33,870 nucleotides of DNA from Octopus bimaculoides. Taxonomy: Eukaryota. Below, one piece after another: positions 11,411 to 22,444 of this stretch. The first letter of the stretch is position 1. The number at the start of each line of letters is the position of its first letter. The DNA lies in the NCBI RefSeq assembly GCF_001194135.2, contig NC_068987.1, positions 45,027,628-45,061,497 on the forward strand. The letters are read 5' to 3'. Under the pieces are notes generated by a model. It was not told the DNA's origin. It saw only the letters and a list, made by a program, of their open reading frames with translations, and did no database searches. Both the position numbers and the translations under genes were made by a program.

Positions 11411-12511
11411 TACACATTAATCTTAACTTAGGGAAACATATCTTAGAGACAACTAGCAATAACTCATAAATGTATCCAAACTACTGAACGAGTTGATCAA
11501 CTGGAGTGATAGTGGAAGTGTATAATGTCAAAGATGATGACAATGATGGTGGCGATGAAGATGATAACATGGTATAATGGTAAGAACTTTCAGTTTGATA
11601 GTTGAGGCAAATACCAGGATTTGTAAATCCTCTAAGCCAGGCTAGCATTGAAATGTGAAAGGAAAGTAGAGAATCATAGATTTTTATAAAGTAAAAATCC
11701 GAGAATCCAGAATCTGAGGAATCCGTTGTGGCATTACTGGCAAAAGTAATTACTGGCAAAAGTAATCCAAAGGAATGCAATAAAATAAATGTAACATAGC
11801 AGCTGTTGCATTTGTTGGAAAAGAAATCATCAATGTTTTCAGGTGCAGGCACTTTTCCAATTTAGATCGAAAAAAAGAGAGAATACAAGGAAGACAAAAA
11901 AAAAAAAAAAAATCTGTGTTGCGATTTGTAATAATAATGGATCTTTTGGAGGTTACTGGGTGGTTATGTGATTTGTAATTATTAGGAAGATGGATGGTGA
12001 GCAGAAACATGTAGCATGGGCAAAAAGATCCTAGTGCAGTATCAGAGTGAATACCTTCCTGTCTACATTCACTCCTACATGCAGATGAACACACACAAAC
12101 ACTGTGCACATACATATTCTTGTGCCCATATACATTGACTCTGCTACAGCTGCTTACCTAAGCCCATTTCTACTGCACAGAAACCACGTACCTACCTACC
12201 ACTTCTTACATCTATTACTGCCACAAATATTCTATAGCAAATAACACAAATTTTTTTTCCTTTTCTCTATCTTGCAAAAGGGATTGCATCTGAATAAAAC
12301 ATTGACAATGTTCCTGTCTTTTCACAACTACATGACACATTTTATGACTTCCCTATAGATTTATAAAAAACTTAAAGACACATACAAATAACCTCTTCAC
12401 TTATATTAGAACTGCCACATTTTATAAACATCTTGTGTGGCTATTAACATGCATTCATCTCTAGAAATACATATTGACATCTTAGATGAACAAGTCTATG
12501 TCTTTTAGTTC

Positions 12512-12517
12512 TTTATT
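12512..12517 (-). terminator. Candidate proximal polyadenylation signal (AATAAA) for TRAF6
   Basis: First AATAAA on the coding strand, ~40 nt after the stop. AT-rich context makes chance occurrence likely. Confidence 0.25.
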
Positions 12518-12557
12518 TGGGCAAGGCCATGGTAGAGCACCACTGTCAAATATTAGT

Positions 12558-13619
12558 TTAAAATTCTGGAAAAATCTGGGCTTTGAGTATAAGAGTGTCA
12601 TTGAGGACATAAGTGGAATTATCTAATTCACTAAGTGGCACATACTCCATGTATCCAAAACCCTTGTGGTTGCGATGGCTTGTTGGTTTCTGGAAAGCAT
12701 CTAATGTTGGTTTTGATATCAAAGATTCAACAGAATGTTGCCTCTCTTCTATATTTGGGTTCTGATCTATGACGGATAAAATTATTTTACCTCGAAATGG
12801 CCATGTTAAGATGTCATCCCATTCTCCTTGCATGAAGTGAATAAACACAGATAAATGTGTTCCCTGAGAATAGTCGACTCCATTAAGGTTGCATCTCATA
12901 CATAATTTGTAACCATAGTAATTGGAATAAAATGGTGGGCTATGCAGAACTGGCATTTCACCACTAATAGCTTTATGTCTGTGCCGTAAATAATTTTTTA
13001 TTTTCCAGATGTATAGTCCATTACATAATCGTCCTTCTAACTCGGTGAGACGATTAACCTTTTCTTCAATAGCACGTAGTTTTTGTTGTGTTTCCTTGTT
13101 GATACGTTCAATGTGGTCATGCCGAAACTGCAGTTCAAGCAATTCATGGCTGTGCCTGGCCAAGCTCTCATCTTGGTAGATATTTCGTTCTTTCAACGAT
13201 TGAAACTCAAAATCAAAAATATCGGCTGAAGATGCAGTATCTCCTGCATTAGTTTTTGCTAAATTAGGCACCTTTACAGATTGGCTGCGTGTAATAGGAA
13301 CGTTTGGTGGAGGAGATGGTAATGGCTGTGAAATACTTGAGATAGTACGAGAAGGACCCTGAGAAAATTTCAGCATATTAGCTTCTGCATTGCCTGAAGC
13401 CCCTCCTTCTGCATTTTGTAATAAAGTTGGTAAATCTCCAACTATTTCTGGATCAGTCACATTCGGCTGACTCTGACTCACTGCATTTCCAGTTTCAATC
13501 GAAGACAAGATACTTTCAATATTTTGGAAGTTGAGAAGCTTTACAAAAGCATGACACAACAGCTGCAGATGTTTCTGGACATTTGTTTTCATGTGTTTCT
13601 CCATCTTGAGTCGTTCAAT
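12558..13619 (-). CDS. TRAF6: TRAF6 last coding exon (end of zinc finger 5, low-complexity linker, coiled coil, MATH/TRAF-C domain)
   Basis: Acceptor atctctttcag then IERLK in frame with the 348-aa ORF 12558..13604; stop TAA at 12560-12558. MATH motifs NGLYIWKI, HSPPFYS..YGYKLC, FIHFMQGEWD..LTWPF, AFQKPT..RNHKGFGY are TRAF6-specific. Confidence 0.97.
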   Translation of the reverse strand: MERLKMEKHMKTNVQKHLQLLCHAFVKLLNFQNIESILSSIETGNAVSQSQPNVTDPEIVGDLPTLLQNAEGGASGNAEANMLKFSQGPSRTISSISQPLPSPPPNVPITRSQSVKVPNLAKTNAGDTASSADIFDFEFQSLKERNIYQDESLARHSHELLELQFRHDHIERINKETQQKLRAIEEKVNRLTELEGRLCNGLYIWKIKNYLRHRHKAISGEMPVLHSPPFYSNYYGYKLCMRCNLNGVDYSQGTHLSVFIHFMQGEWDDILTWPFRGKIILSVIDQNPNIEERQHSVESLISKPTLDAFQKPTSHRNHKGFGYMEYVPLSELDNSTYVLNDTLILKAQIFPEF

Positions 13620-14269
13620 CTGAAAGAGATATTGATTTTTTTTTTTTTTTATATAATAAAAAAACAGAAGAGATGATTAGGTAGGGAAATTGAGAGGGTT
13701 GTGCTGTATTTATGCCTTTCATGGAAGCATAATTTAAATGCTCTAAATGAGAATCGATACCTATCTGTAATCTTTAATCAAAGTCATACAGAAATATCAC
13801 TTAAATATGTAACATACTTTAAATATTGCAACTTGTTTCATATATTGTAACTTGGCTCAAATGCCAAGACCTGTTCTCTATACATCACAACTTGTTTCAT
13901 ATATCATAACCTATTTTAAACATTGTGGTGACCTATCTTGTGCACCATCATCTTGCTTTATACATCAAGCAATGTGGAATAAATAAACTCAGAATGTAAA
14001 GAGTCAGAACAAGTGTAGCAAGGTATTTTATCAGATGCTCTAATGATTTTGCCAACCTATTGCCCTAATATTAATGATGACAACAATAATAATGCTATAT
14101 TTACAATAGTTTCTACAACACAAAACCAAAGATGTAACTTATATACAAAGTTAAGAAATCTTGTCTAAAGATTTTCATCATTATCACCACAACCAACTGC
14201 TACCATAAATATCAAACCACTTGGACAGATTGATAATAAGGATGAGGCTTATACTTTTTTATATCCCTG

Positions 14270-15010
14270 GAAACAGTAACAGTTGACAACAACAGAAGGA
14301 GAGACTAGTCATACAAGAATCACAAAACATGTGGCCCTTGGTTGAAGCCAAAGGTGATATTTAAGAGGAAAGGATTACCAAAGACAGAAAATGCTATCTG
14401 GAGATTTGGCTATCATTTCAAGGGCTGGATAAATGAAGATGGTATTAAATACTGTAATTAAACTAAGTGTGGCATATGAGACAGACCAGGGGCCTCCTAA
14501 AAATGAAATCACTTCTAATATGGAACTATTTCTGTGCACACAAGATAGAAGAATGAAAAACGTCAGGTTGCTGAACACAACCGCAGTATGATAACAGCTG
14601 GTTTCACATCTTTGCCACAACCTTTAGATGAGGGAATTAATAAGCCATTGAAGGACAAGATATATCAGATGTGAATGATGTAGGTCATTCTGGCTATTAG
14701 GAACTGACCAAAGGTTATTAATTCCAAGAAGCTGAGCTTTCTTACAATATGGTGTGTAAAAAAGGCTTGGGATGATGTTTTAACAGAGAGTGTGAAGAAG
14801 AGACTCCTAAAGACAAGGCCAACAAATAAAGAGGGTGGAGATGGGTTGGGGTTAAATCCTTTTGTGGGCTGATGACCAAGACATCTAAGAAGATGGAATA
14901 ATGGAAGCATCATGGGATGTGGATGAAAAGTTGATACAGCAGGAATGAGAGGTTGTTTTTGGCACTAACAATGGTGACGAATCTGAATTTGATCACTTTT
15001 AACTGGATTG
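14270..15010 (+). mobile_element. Decayed pogo/Tigger-type transposase remnant
   Basis: LKPKVIFKRK, GWINEDG, QPLDEGINKPLKD (14618-14656), KAWDDV (14762-14779); many stops and frameshifts; TIRs not identified. Confidence 0.8.
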
Positions 15011-15394
15011 AAAGTTAAAAATCAACAGTTAATTTCATGTTCTGCAATTAATGTTAAATGTTCTTTGGTTTAAAGCTCATTTAATGAGCTTTAATGAATT
15101 CTTTGACATTATACTTTTCAGTCAAGTCTCTTATGTATGAATGTAGTGGCTATTTCAAAATCCAGTTTCTAATTTATTTTGTTAATTAATGTGTTCAGCA
15201 TGGCTACTTATTTAATTGTTTAACTTTTTTACTAACAATTAAACACATAACTAAATTTAAATAGCTCTCTGGCTGTTCTAGTCTTATTTTCCATGTAAAT
15301 TTTGATTATAAAAGTTCTGTAGAACTTTTCCATGCAACAAATAGAGTGGTGTGACTTCTACATGAGGAAATATGGTAATTTAAAAAAAGCTTAC

Positions 15395-15472
15395 TTCTTT
15401 ATTACATCCAAAAATGTAGAAACAACATTTGATGGCTGCATTAGGACAGTCAACTGCAATATGTTCTGGTAC
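15395..15472 (-). CDS. TRAF6: TRAF6 coding exon (zinc fingers 4-5)
   Basis: Acceptor ccttatatttatag, donor GAA|gtaagc. 78 nt, phase 0/0: VPEHIAVDCPNAAIKCCFYIFGCNKE versus human [26 protein letters not shown]. Confidence 0.94.
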
Positions 15473-15935
15473 CTATAAATATAAGGCAGGATATAACAAA
15501 TAGACACACTAAAGAAAGAAAGACTTCAAATTAATGCATTTATGTTACACAGAAATTTTTTTAAATAACTATCTTTAATAAAAACTGATAGAAATATTGG
15601 TTGGCTGGTTGATTCATTACTTCAGCTGCACTTCACATTGAATAAAGAAAGGGCAACAGAATAAAAAGGAAATACAGAAGAAGTGAGGAGGAGTATCTTG
15701 TAACTTTCTGAAAAATACAGATTTTATAAAAATTGCAGAGATAGGCTTTTGATGGAGTAGATTGCAGTTATATTGATAAAATCTAGAAAAATAATATAAT
15801 ATATTTATTGCAAATATACAAAGGTGAAATTAGTTTTTAATTTTATTTTAAGGTAATAAATATTTTTCTTTTGAAAACTAATATTCATTTCATCATTTCG
15901 TAAAAATACCAAGAAATTTGATAAAAGTTAAATTA

Positions 15936-17797
15936 CACAGGGGAACATGTTTTTTTGTTGTCTAGTAATTTTGGGGTGCTGATTTCAAAAATGAAATCCA
16001 TTTTGCTCTATCACATTAAGATTTTTTCACTAACTCAAATTCCATTTCTGACATTTCCGGGATTGTCACCATTTCTAAGGATAGATTTGGCTTCATTAAA
16101 TGCAGGCCCATGTATGGAGCTTGACATAACTTTCACAATATAGTTTTTCAATATCATTTAAAGTAAATGCAACTACAAAAGTGAAAACAAAAGTCATGAT
16201 TTAAGTATCTTCAGTAAATAAAAAGCATTACACTTGAGCAACTTTCACTATTTTCAATCTAACCAGTTTTAAAATGTCATGGTGATGATAGAAATGTCCT
16301 TTATACATTCAGTTGCTAATAAATAAGACATTTTTGTGGTCCTTGACATCATATATGTCACATATTTGTGGAATTTATCTGCAGATATGCCTGTGCTGTA
16401 CTTGATTTAGTGTAACTATTTCTTCTGAAAGTTGGTATTTTGAATGTTTTAATAGTGCTGACACATGGGTCAAGGTCACTTTTTGTCAAGCATGGTCAAA
16501 GAACTGTAGAAAGTACTTCATGACATGTATGTATAACTGTTGACAATTCTGAAATGTTTTTCCCAAGTGACAACTGGCTTGAACATAAGTTTTGTATTTT
16601 AGAAATATGGCCACTTGTGAGAGAAGAAAATGCCAAAACAGCTCCGATGACTGCTGCTATATTTGTGGATGTTACTCTTTACCAAGGAAGTGAAACAAAA
16701 TCACAGATTTTGTGAAAAAGCTTGTCTTACTTACTTTGGCATGGAACTAGGTGATCAAAACAAAGCCTAGGCACCCCATTTAATGTATAAAACACATGTT
16801 GAAACACTGAGATAGTGACTATTCAAATATTTAAGCAGAAAGTTTCCAGCTTTGTCTTGTGAGAAAATCAAGGTTGGTATGTTTGACAGGCCACAAATAA
16901 AGTAGCTACCACAGGATGAGCAATTTTTGGAGCCCATGTCTGACATTGAAAAGGAAGTATGGAATGCTTTTGCTGCAATTGTGTCTGATTTCCTAGGAAA
17001 CAGGAATTTATCAAATTATGAAGAACTTGTGCAGGCTCTGTTAACCAGTTCTTCAGCACTGGGTTGTAACATGAGTGTAAAAGTGATTTTACTACACAGT
17101 CATCTGGACTACTTCCCTGAAAATCATAGTACACTAAGTAATGAGCAAGGAGAAAGATTCTACCAAGACATTAAGTCCATGGAGACTAGGTATCAAAGCA
17201 AGTGGAACACAAACATGATGACTGATTACTGCTGGTCTCTTCAAAGAGAGAGTCATGATGCAAATTATTCATGCAAAGCAGCAAAGAAAGTTCACTATTT
17301 GAGTAGCTGAAACACTAGTTTGACAGATATTCATCTTCAGATGTGTAACTAAACATTTTGTATAAAATATTTGTTAAACAATAAAATGTACTATTTGGTT
17401 TGTGTCAGTTTCTTATTTTAGTATTGCATTTAGTGGCAAAACTGACATTTTTTGGTAAAAAAATGAATTCCTGTTTAACAAAAAACTTGATGGGATAGAA
17501 AATTGCTAAGGACATTTCTGAATCCAGCACCACCAAATCAGTTAAGACCAATTATAAAATGTAAGACAGCTAAAAATTTTTTAAAAAATGTTCCCCAATG
17601 TTATCTCAATAAAGTAATAAAAGCATCTAACCAGCTCTATTACTTATGGACAAACAATTATGCTATAAAAAAAACAAAAAAACTTGACATGATAGAAAAA
17701 AACTAACTGTGGTTTTGAAATCAACATGCCAATTTTAGTTTAAATCAAGTGAAAAAGCAAACTCAACAGAAATTATGTTCAAAATTGTTCCCCTGTG
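15936..17797 (+). mobile_element. Internally deleted DNA transposon, Chapaev-3-like (CMC superfamily)
   Basis: 12-bp perfect TIR CACAGGGGAACA / TGTTCCCCTGTG, flanks TTA / TAA. N-terminal CYICG..ITDFVKK..YFG.ELGDQ.K..APH from ATG 16607; C-terminal LHSHLDYFPEN...SNEQGERFYQDI..ME.RYQ.KW..NMMTDYCWSL. Superfamily assignment is from recall. Confidence 0.8.
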
Positions 17798-19431
17798 TAA
17801 TTGTTGTATGTATGTCATATTTCCTGATATTCCCCATGGTGGTAAATTTCCAAAGTTATCAGTCATATGATGGATAGCACTCTATACTTTCAGAATTATT
17901 GGAGGAAATTATTCTCAGTCAAATTAAAAATGCAAGATGTGATGGTCATGGCTGGAATACCTTTGATCATAAATCTGCTTGATCAGAGCTGACCTAAATA
18001 ACAATGACACAATTTAAAACCTAACATGGGAATCTGTGTATACTTGCTCAAGTAGCTAGAAATAGCAGCCAAATCTACCTCAAACTACAGTTTTTAAAAC
18101 AAGGAATCAAAGTCATATTAAGTAAATATAGTCAGAAATATAAGATAAAATGGATAGTCATGGCTTGAATGACTTTGACCAAAGGTCTGTTCACTCAGAG
18201 CTGACCTGGGGTTAGACAATAACAACAACAATCATACCTCTGTGGACTTATTTTGTGTATACAGGTCATCTGGATATCACAAGAGCATTCCAACCAACAG
18301 TCCACTGTAGAACAAATGATAATGGTTTCTAATTTAGGTACATTTTTGAATGGAGGTGTCAGTCAATATTAGCAACCCCAGCACTTAACTGGTACTTTAT
18401 TTTATCAACCCCTAGAGGAATGAAACTCAAAACGTAAAGAGCTGGAGCAAACATGGAAAAGTATTTTTCTAATGCTCTTATCTGTCAGGTAGTCCATTAC
18501 CAATAATAATAATAATAATAATCCTTTTTACTATAGACACAAGGCCTAAAATTTTGGGGACAGGACTAGTGAATTACATCAACCCCAGTGGAATTTGAAA
18601 TCTGAATGTAAAGACAGATGAAATGCCACTAAGCATTTTGTCTGGCATACTAACAATTCTACCAAGAATGAGAGCAACAACAACAAAAATAATAGTAACT
18701 TTTGACATGTATACAAATCCACACCTATTGTCATTATAATCAACTCTATTATTTTCAGGAATTGACCAATACTTATTTTATCAATGCCATCTTACAATCA
18801 AAAGGATGATAGTCAGATTAAGCATTGCAGGATATTTGAACTCACAATATAGAGGACTGTAACCAAATACTTCAAGTCAAAGTGTATGGTGCTCTAGCAA
18901 TTCTGCCAAATCATACCTTTATGAAATCATTTTTCTTATTGGTCACAAGATTTTGGTGTCAGCAAAATTTATATTGAATAAAAAAAAACAATAACAAATA
19001 ACAATAAAATAACAAAAAAACCCAACTGAGGGGAATGCAGGCCACAATAGGGCCAATCAAGAAACCTCACAGATTCAGAATTACCCTTACCAACAAGGAC
19101 AAGTGTCTTCTCCCAGCTTCACTGTCCAGCCAATAGGTATACTTATTCACTAGAGCCAGGTCTACTAGTTTTATCTACCTTTCAATAAATTTATTAGTGA
19201 ACAAAAATTTCCTCTCTACTGTCATCTTCAAGTGAAAAAAATCCAATAAATGCTTGACTAAAGAAGGTGTTTGTCTTTAATCTTTTCAGTTGTCCATCAC
19301 AGTAGAGTTGTTAGTATTGGGTCAAATGTTTCACGGTATTTGTCCCATTTCTCTATGCTTTGAGTTCAAATTCCATCAAGGCCAGCTTTGTCTTTCTTTT
19401 TGGGCTGATAAAAATATACCAGTCAAGGATG

Positions 19432-19625
19432 GTGGACTAATAGAAAAATTACAGTGTAGGATGAAAGGCAAAGTCAACCTTGAAGGAATTTGAGCTCAGA
19501 ATATAAAGAACGAGAAGAAATATTGCAAAGCGTTTTGCTTGAGATGCAAACAATTCTGCCAGCTTGCCACCTTAATAATAATAACAATAAAATTTTCTTT
19601 TATACTAAAGTTACAAGGCCTGAAA
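19432..19625 (-). mobile_element. CORE-like tRNA SINE copy
   Basis: Reverse-strand match (ggatgaaaggcaaagtcaac, aatttgagctcagaa, caattctgccagcttgccacc). Confidence 0.7.
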
Positions 19626-19687
19626 TTTTGCAGAAAGATGCTAGTGGATTACATTGATTGATCCCAGTATTCAAACATCAATAGAGC

Positions 19688-19690
<3 letters not shown>

Positions 19691-19764
<74 letters not shown>

Positions 19765-19775
19765 TATATATATAA
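19691..19775. repeat. Compound (TG)n(TA)n microsatellite
   Basis: Direct inspection. Confidence 0.95.
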
Positions 19776-21265
19776 ATATATAATTTAGAGAAAAGAACCA
19801 AAGTTCATGAACTCATCCATGAAAATCTACAATCACATATAGAAAAAATTATTAAGTAAATACACGATAAATAAGTATAATAAAATACAAATTAAAAATC
19901 ATAAAATAATAATAATAAAACGACTACATGTGTTTCATAACCAAGTTTTCAAATAGAAAATTAAATATAATCAAATCAATTCTGTTCAAAAATATAGCTA
20001 ATCTTCAGGTCAAAATACAACAACAATAATAAAATGAATGTATATATCAACCAACAATAAATAACAAATGAATGTATATAAAAATACTTATTATATCAAG
20101 ATAGAAAAATGTTAAACAATATTATTAAAAAGAATTGTAATACTAATCTATCAAAAATTATAAACGTGACATTATTAGCTTTATGCTTATTAGAATATAA
20201 ACTAACAGAAATATTAAATGCAAATCTTATCTTAACGAATCTTTTGTTTAAAATACAATTTAAACGAAGTTTTAGGTTAAACTAAAATTATAAACATGAT
20301 ATAAATAACTTTAATTTTAATATAAACTAACAAAAAATTAATTTATATAAAAATAATTATATCACCATTAAATAAAAAAAACATTTAACAAAGTAATCAA
20401 AAAAATATACAAAACTTATATAATCGATTAGATTAGTGTTGCATTTATTTCCAATAATATTGTTTAATATTTCTTTTTGATTTATGGGACAAATAAGTAG
20501 TTTTTTATATATAATTTCTTTGATTATTAGTTAATATTCTAATTAAGGTTAAGTTAATAGTACAACATTCAAAATTTTATTTAAACTAAAGATTCGATTA
20601 TATAAGTTTTGTATATTTTTTGATTACTTTGTTAAATGTTTTTCTTTTATTTAATGTTGATACAATCATTCTTATATAAATCAATTTTTTGTTAGTTTAT
20701 ATTAAAATTAAAGTTATTTATATTACGTTTATAATTTTAGTTTAACCTAAAACCTCGTTTAAATTGTATTTTAAACAAAAGATTCGTTAAGATAAGATTT
20801 GCATTTAATATTTCTGTTAGTTTATATTCTAATAAATGTAAAGTTAATAATGTCATGTTTATAATTTTTGATAAGATTAGTATTACAATTCTTTTTAATA
20901 ATATTGTTTAACATTTTTCTATTTTGATATAAGTATTTTTATATACATTCATTTGTTATTTATTGTTGGTTGATATATACATTCATTTCATTATTGTTGT
21001 TGTGTTTTGACCCGAAGACTAGCTATATTTTTTAACAGAATTGATTTGCGATCGATTTAATTGATTTGATTATATTTAATTTTCTATTTGAAAACTTGGT
21101 TATGAAACACATGTAGCCGTTTTATTATTATTATTTTATGATTTTTAATTTATATTTTATTATACTTATTTATCATGCATTTACTTATTAATTTTTTCTA
21201 TATGTGATTGTAGATTTTCATGGATGAGTTCATGAACTTTGGTTCTTTTCTCTAAATTATATATT
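19776..21265. repeat. Large AT-rich inverted repeat (arms ~19776-20427 and ~20594-21265, spacer ~166 bp); fold-back or Penelope-derived element
   Basis: Arms align end to end as reverse complements with roughly two dozen substitutions, a 20-bp insertion and a few small indels (hand count, ~95% identity). Confidence 0.95.
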
Positions 21266-21386
21266 ATATACTGTGAAACTTAATGTAATTTTAATTTTTG
21301 ATAAATTGGATTTAATTGAGTTTTTACCTGTAAATTTGGATTTTTATCCCTAATATTATTATTATTATATATATATATATATATAT

Positions 21387-21557
21387 ACTACACTCTCTGA
21401 GTGGTTGGCGTTAGGAAGGGCATCCAGCTGTAGAAACTCTGCCAAATTTAGATTGGAGCCTGGTGTTGCCATCCGGTTTCACCAGTCCTCAGTCAAGTCG
21501 TCCAACCCATGCTAGCATGGAAAGCGGACATTAAACGATGATGATGATGATGATGAT
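21387..21557 (+). mobile_element. Short 5'-truncated RTE 3' end inserted in a (TA)n tract
   Basis: Near-identical to 64-234; (GAT)n tail; (TA)n on both sides. Confidence 0.88.
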
Positions 21558-21644
21558 ATGATATATATATATATATATATAAGGAAACAAGGGAAAACTT
21601 TCTTAGGAAAGGAAACAAGAGTAGAAAATGAAAAATATATTTAC

Positions 21645-21716
21645 CATGACCCTAAGGACATCTGCTTTACAAAAAGAACATGGAACTAACTGCTTGGGAC
21701 AAACCCCTTCATGTTC
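21645..21716 (-). CDS. TRAF6: TRAF6 coding exon (zinc fingers 3-4)
   Basis: Acceptor cttctttcttcag, donor ATG|gtaaat. 72 nt, phase 0/0: EHEGVCPKQLVPCSFCKADVLRVM; same size as the 72-nt vertebrate exon as I recall it. Confidence 0.93.
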
Positions 21717-22444
21717 CTGAAGAAAGAAGCCATTGTCTTTTAGTAACAAAAATAAAAAGGCTGAAATCACAATTTAGGCTAAAACTGTGATATAAAAAAA
21801 CAACCTACAACAGATACATAAATAGTAAAAACAGGGTAGCTAGAATAATATAAAGTCAGTATGGCATTACATATTGGTCATTGTAGTATTGTGAATGGTT
21901 GATATAGTAGCGTAAGGCCAAGAAGGTATAATATATTGGCCAAGATGGTTTATATGTTGGATGACATATTTTTTCTATTGATTTGGTCTGGAGAAAATGA
22001 CTGTACTCAAGGCAATTGCAGGTACTCTCAGACAAGAGAGATAGATACTAAAAATATTTTCCCTAAACTGTTTTATGCTGAAACAATGTATAGATAATAG
22101 TGGGCAGGGCAGTGTTAGACAATTGGGGTATTACACATTAATTGTTATATTGGATGGCAAGGAATATAATGTAAGATCACAATTAAATTACTTAATGAAC
22201 ATGGCACATTGTAGCTGGAGCAGTTAGAAGCAAGTGATGTTATTTATTAGTGAAGATGGTATTATATACTGATTAAGACTGATACTGGTTTGGAGAAAGA
22301 GGCTATGTCCAGACTCTTTGAGACCAGTGAGACTGAATCTGTTAATGCTCCACCAGGCAAAAGACAGTGGATGATAGTTTGAATAGTATTAAATTATAAT
22401 GTTGCTATATATAGCAAAACTGTTTTAGTTTGTACATATGTGTT

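Noticed and set aside
11481-11852. 123-aa minus-strand ORF downstream of TRAF6
   Set aside because: Low-complexity Ser-rich translation with no recognisable domain or splice context; more likely UTR or intergenic.
19776-21265. Excess of A/G differences between palindrome arms as a footprint of ADAR-edited retrotransposition
   Set aside because: The hand count (~16 purine vs ~5 pyrimidine transitions) is on a very A-rich strand and goes in both directions; too weak to claim.
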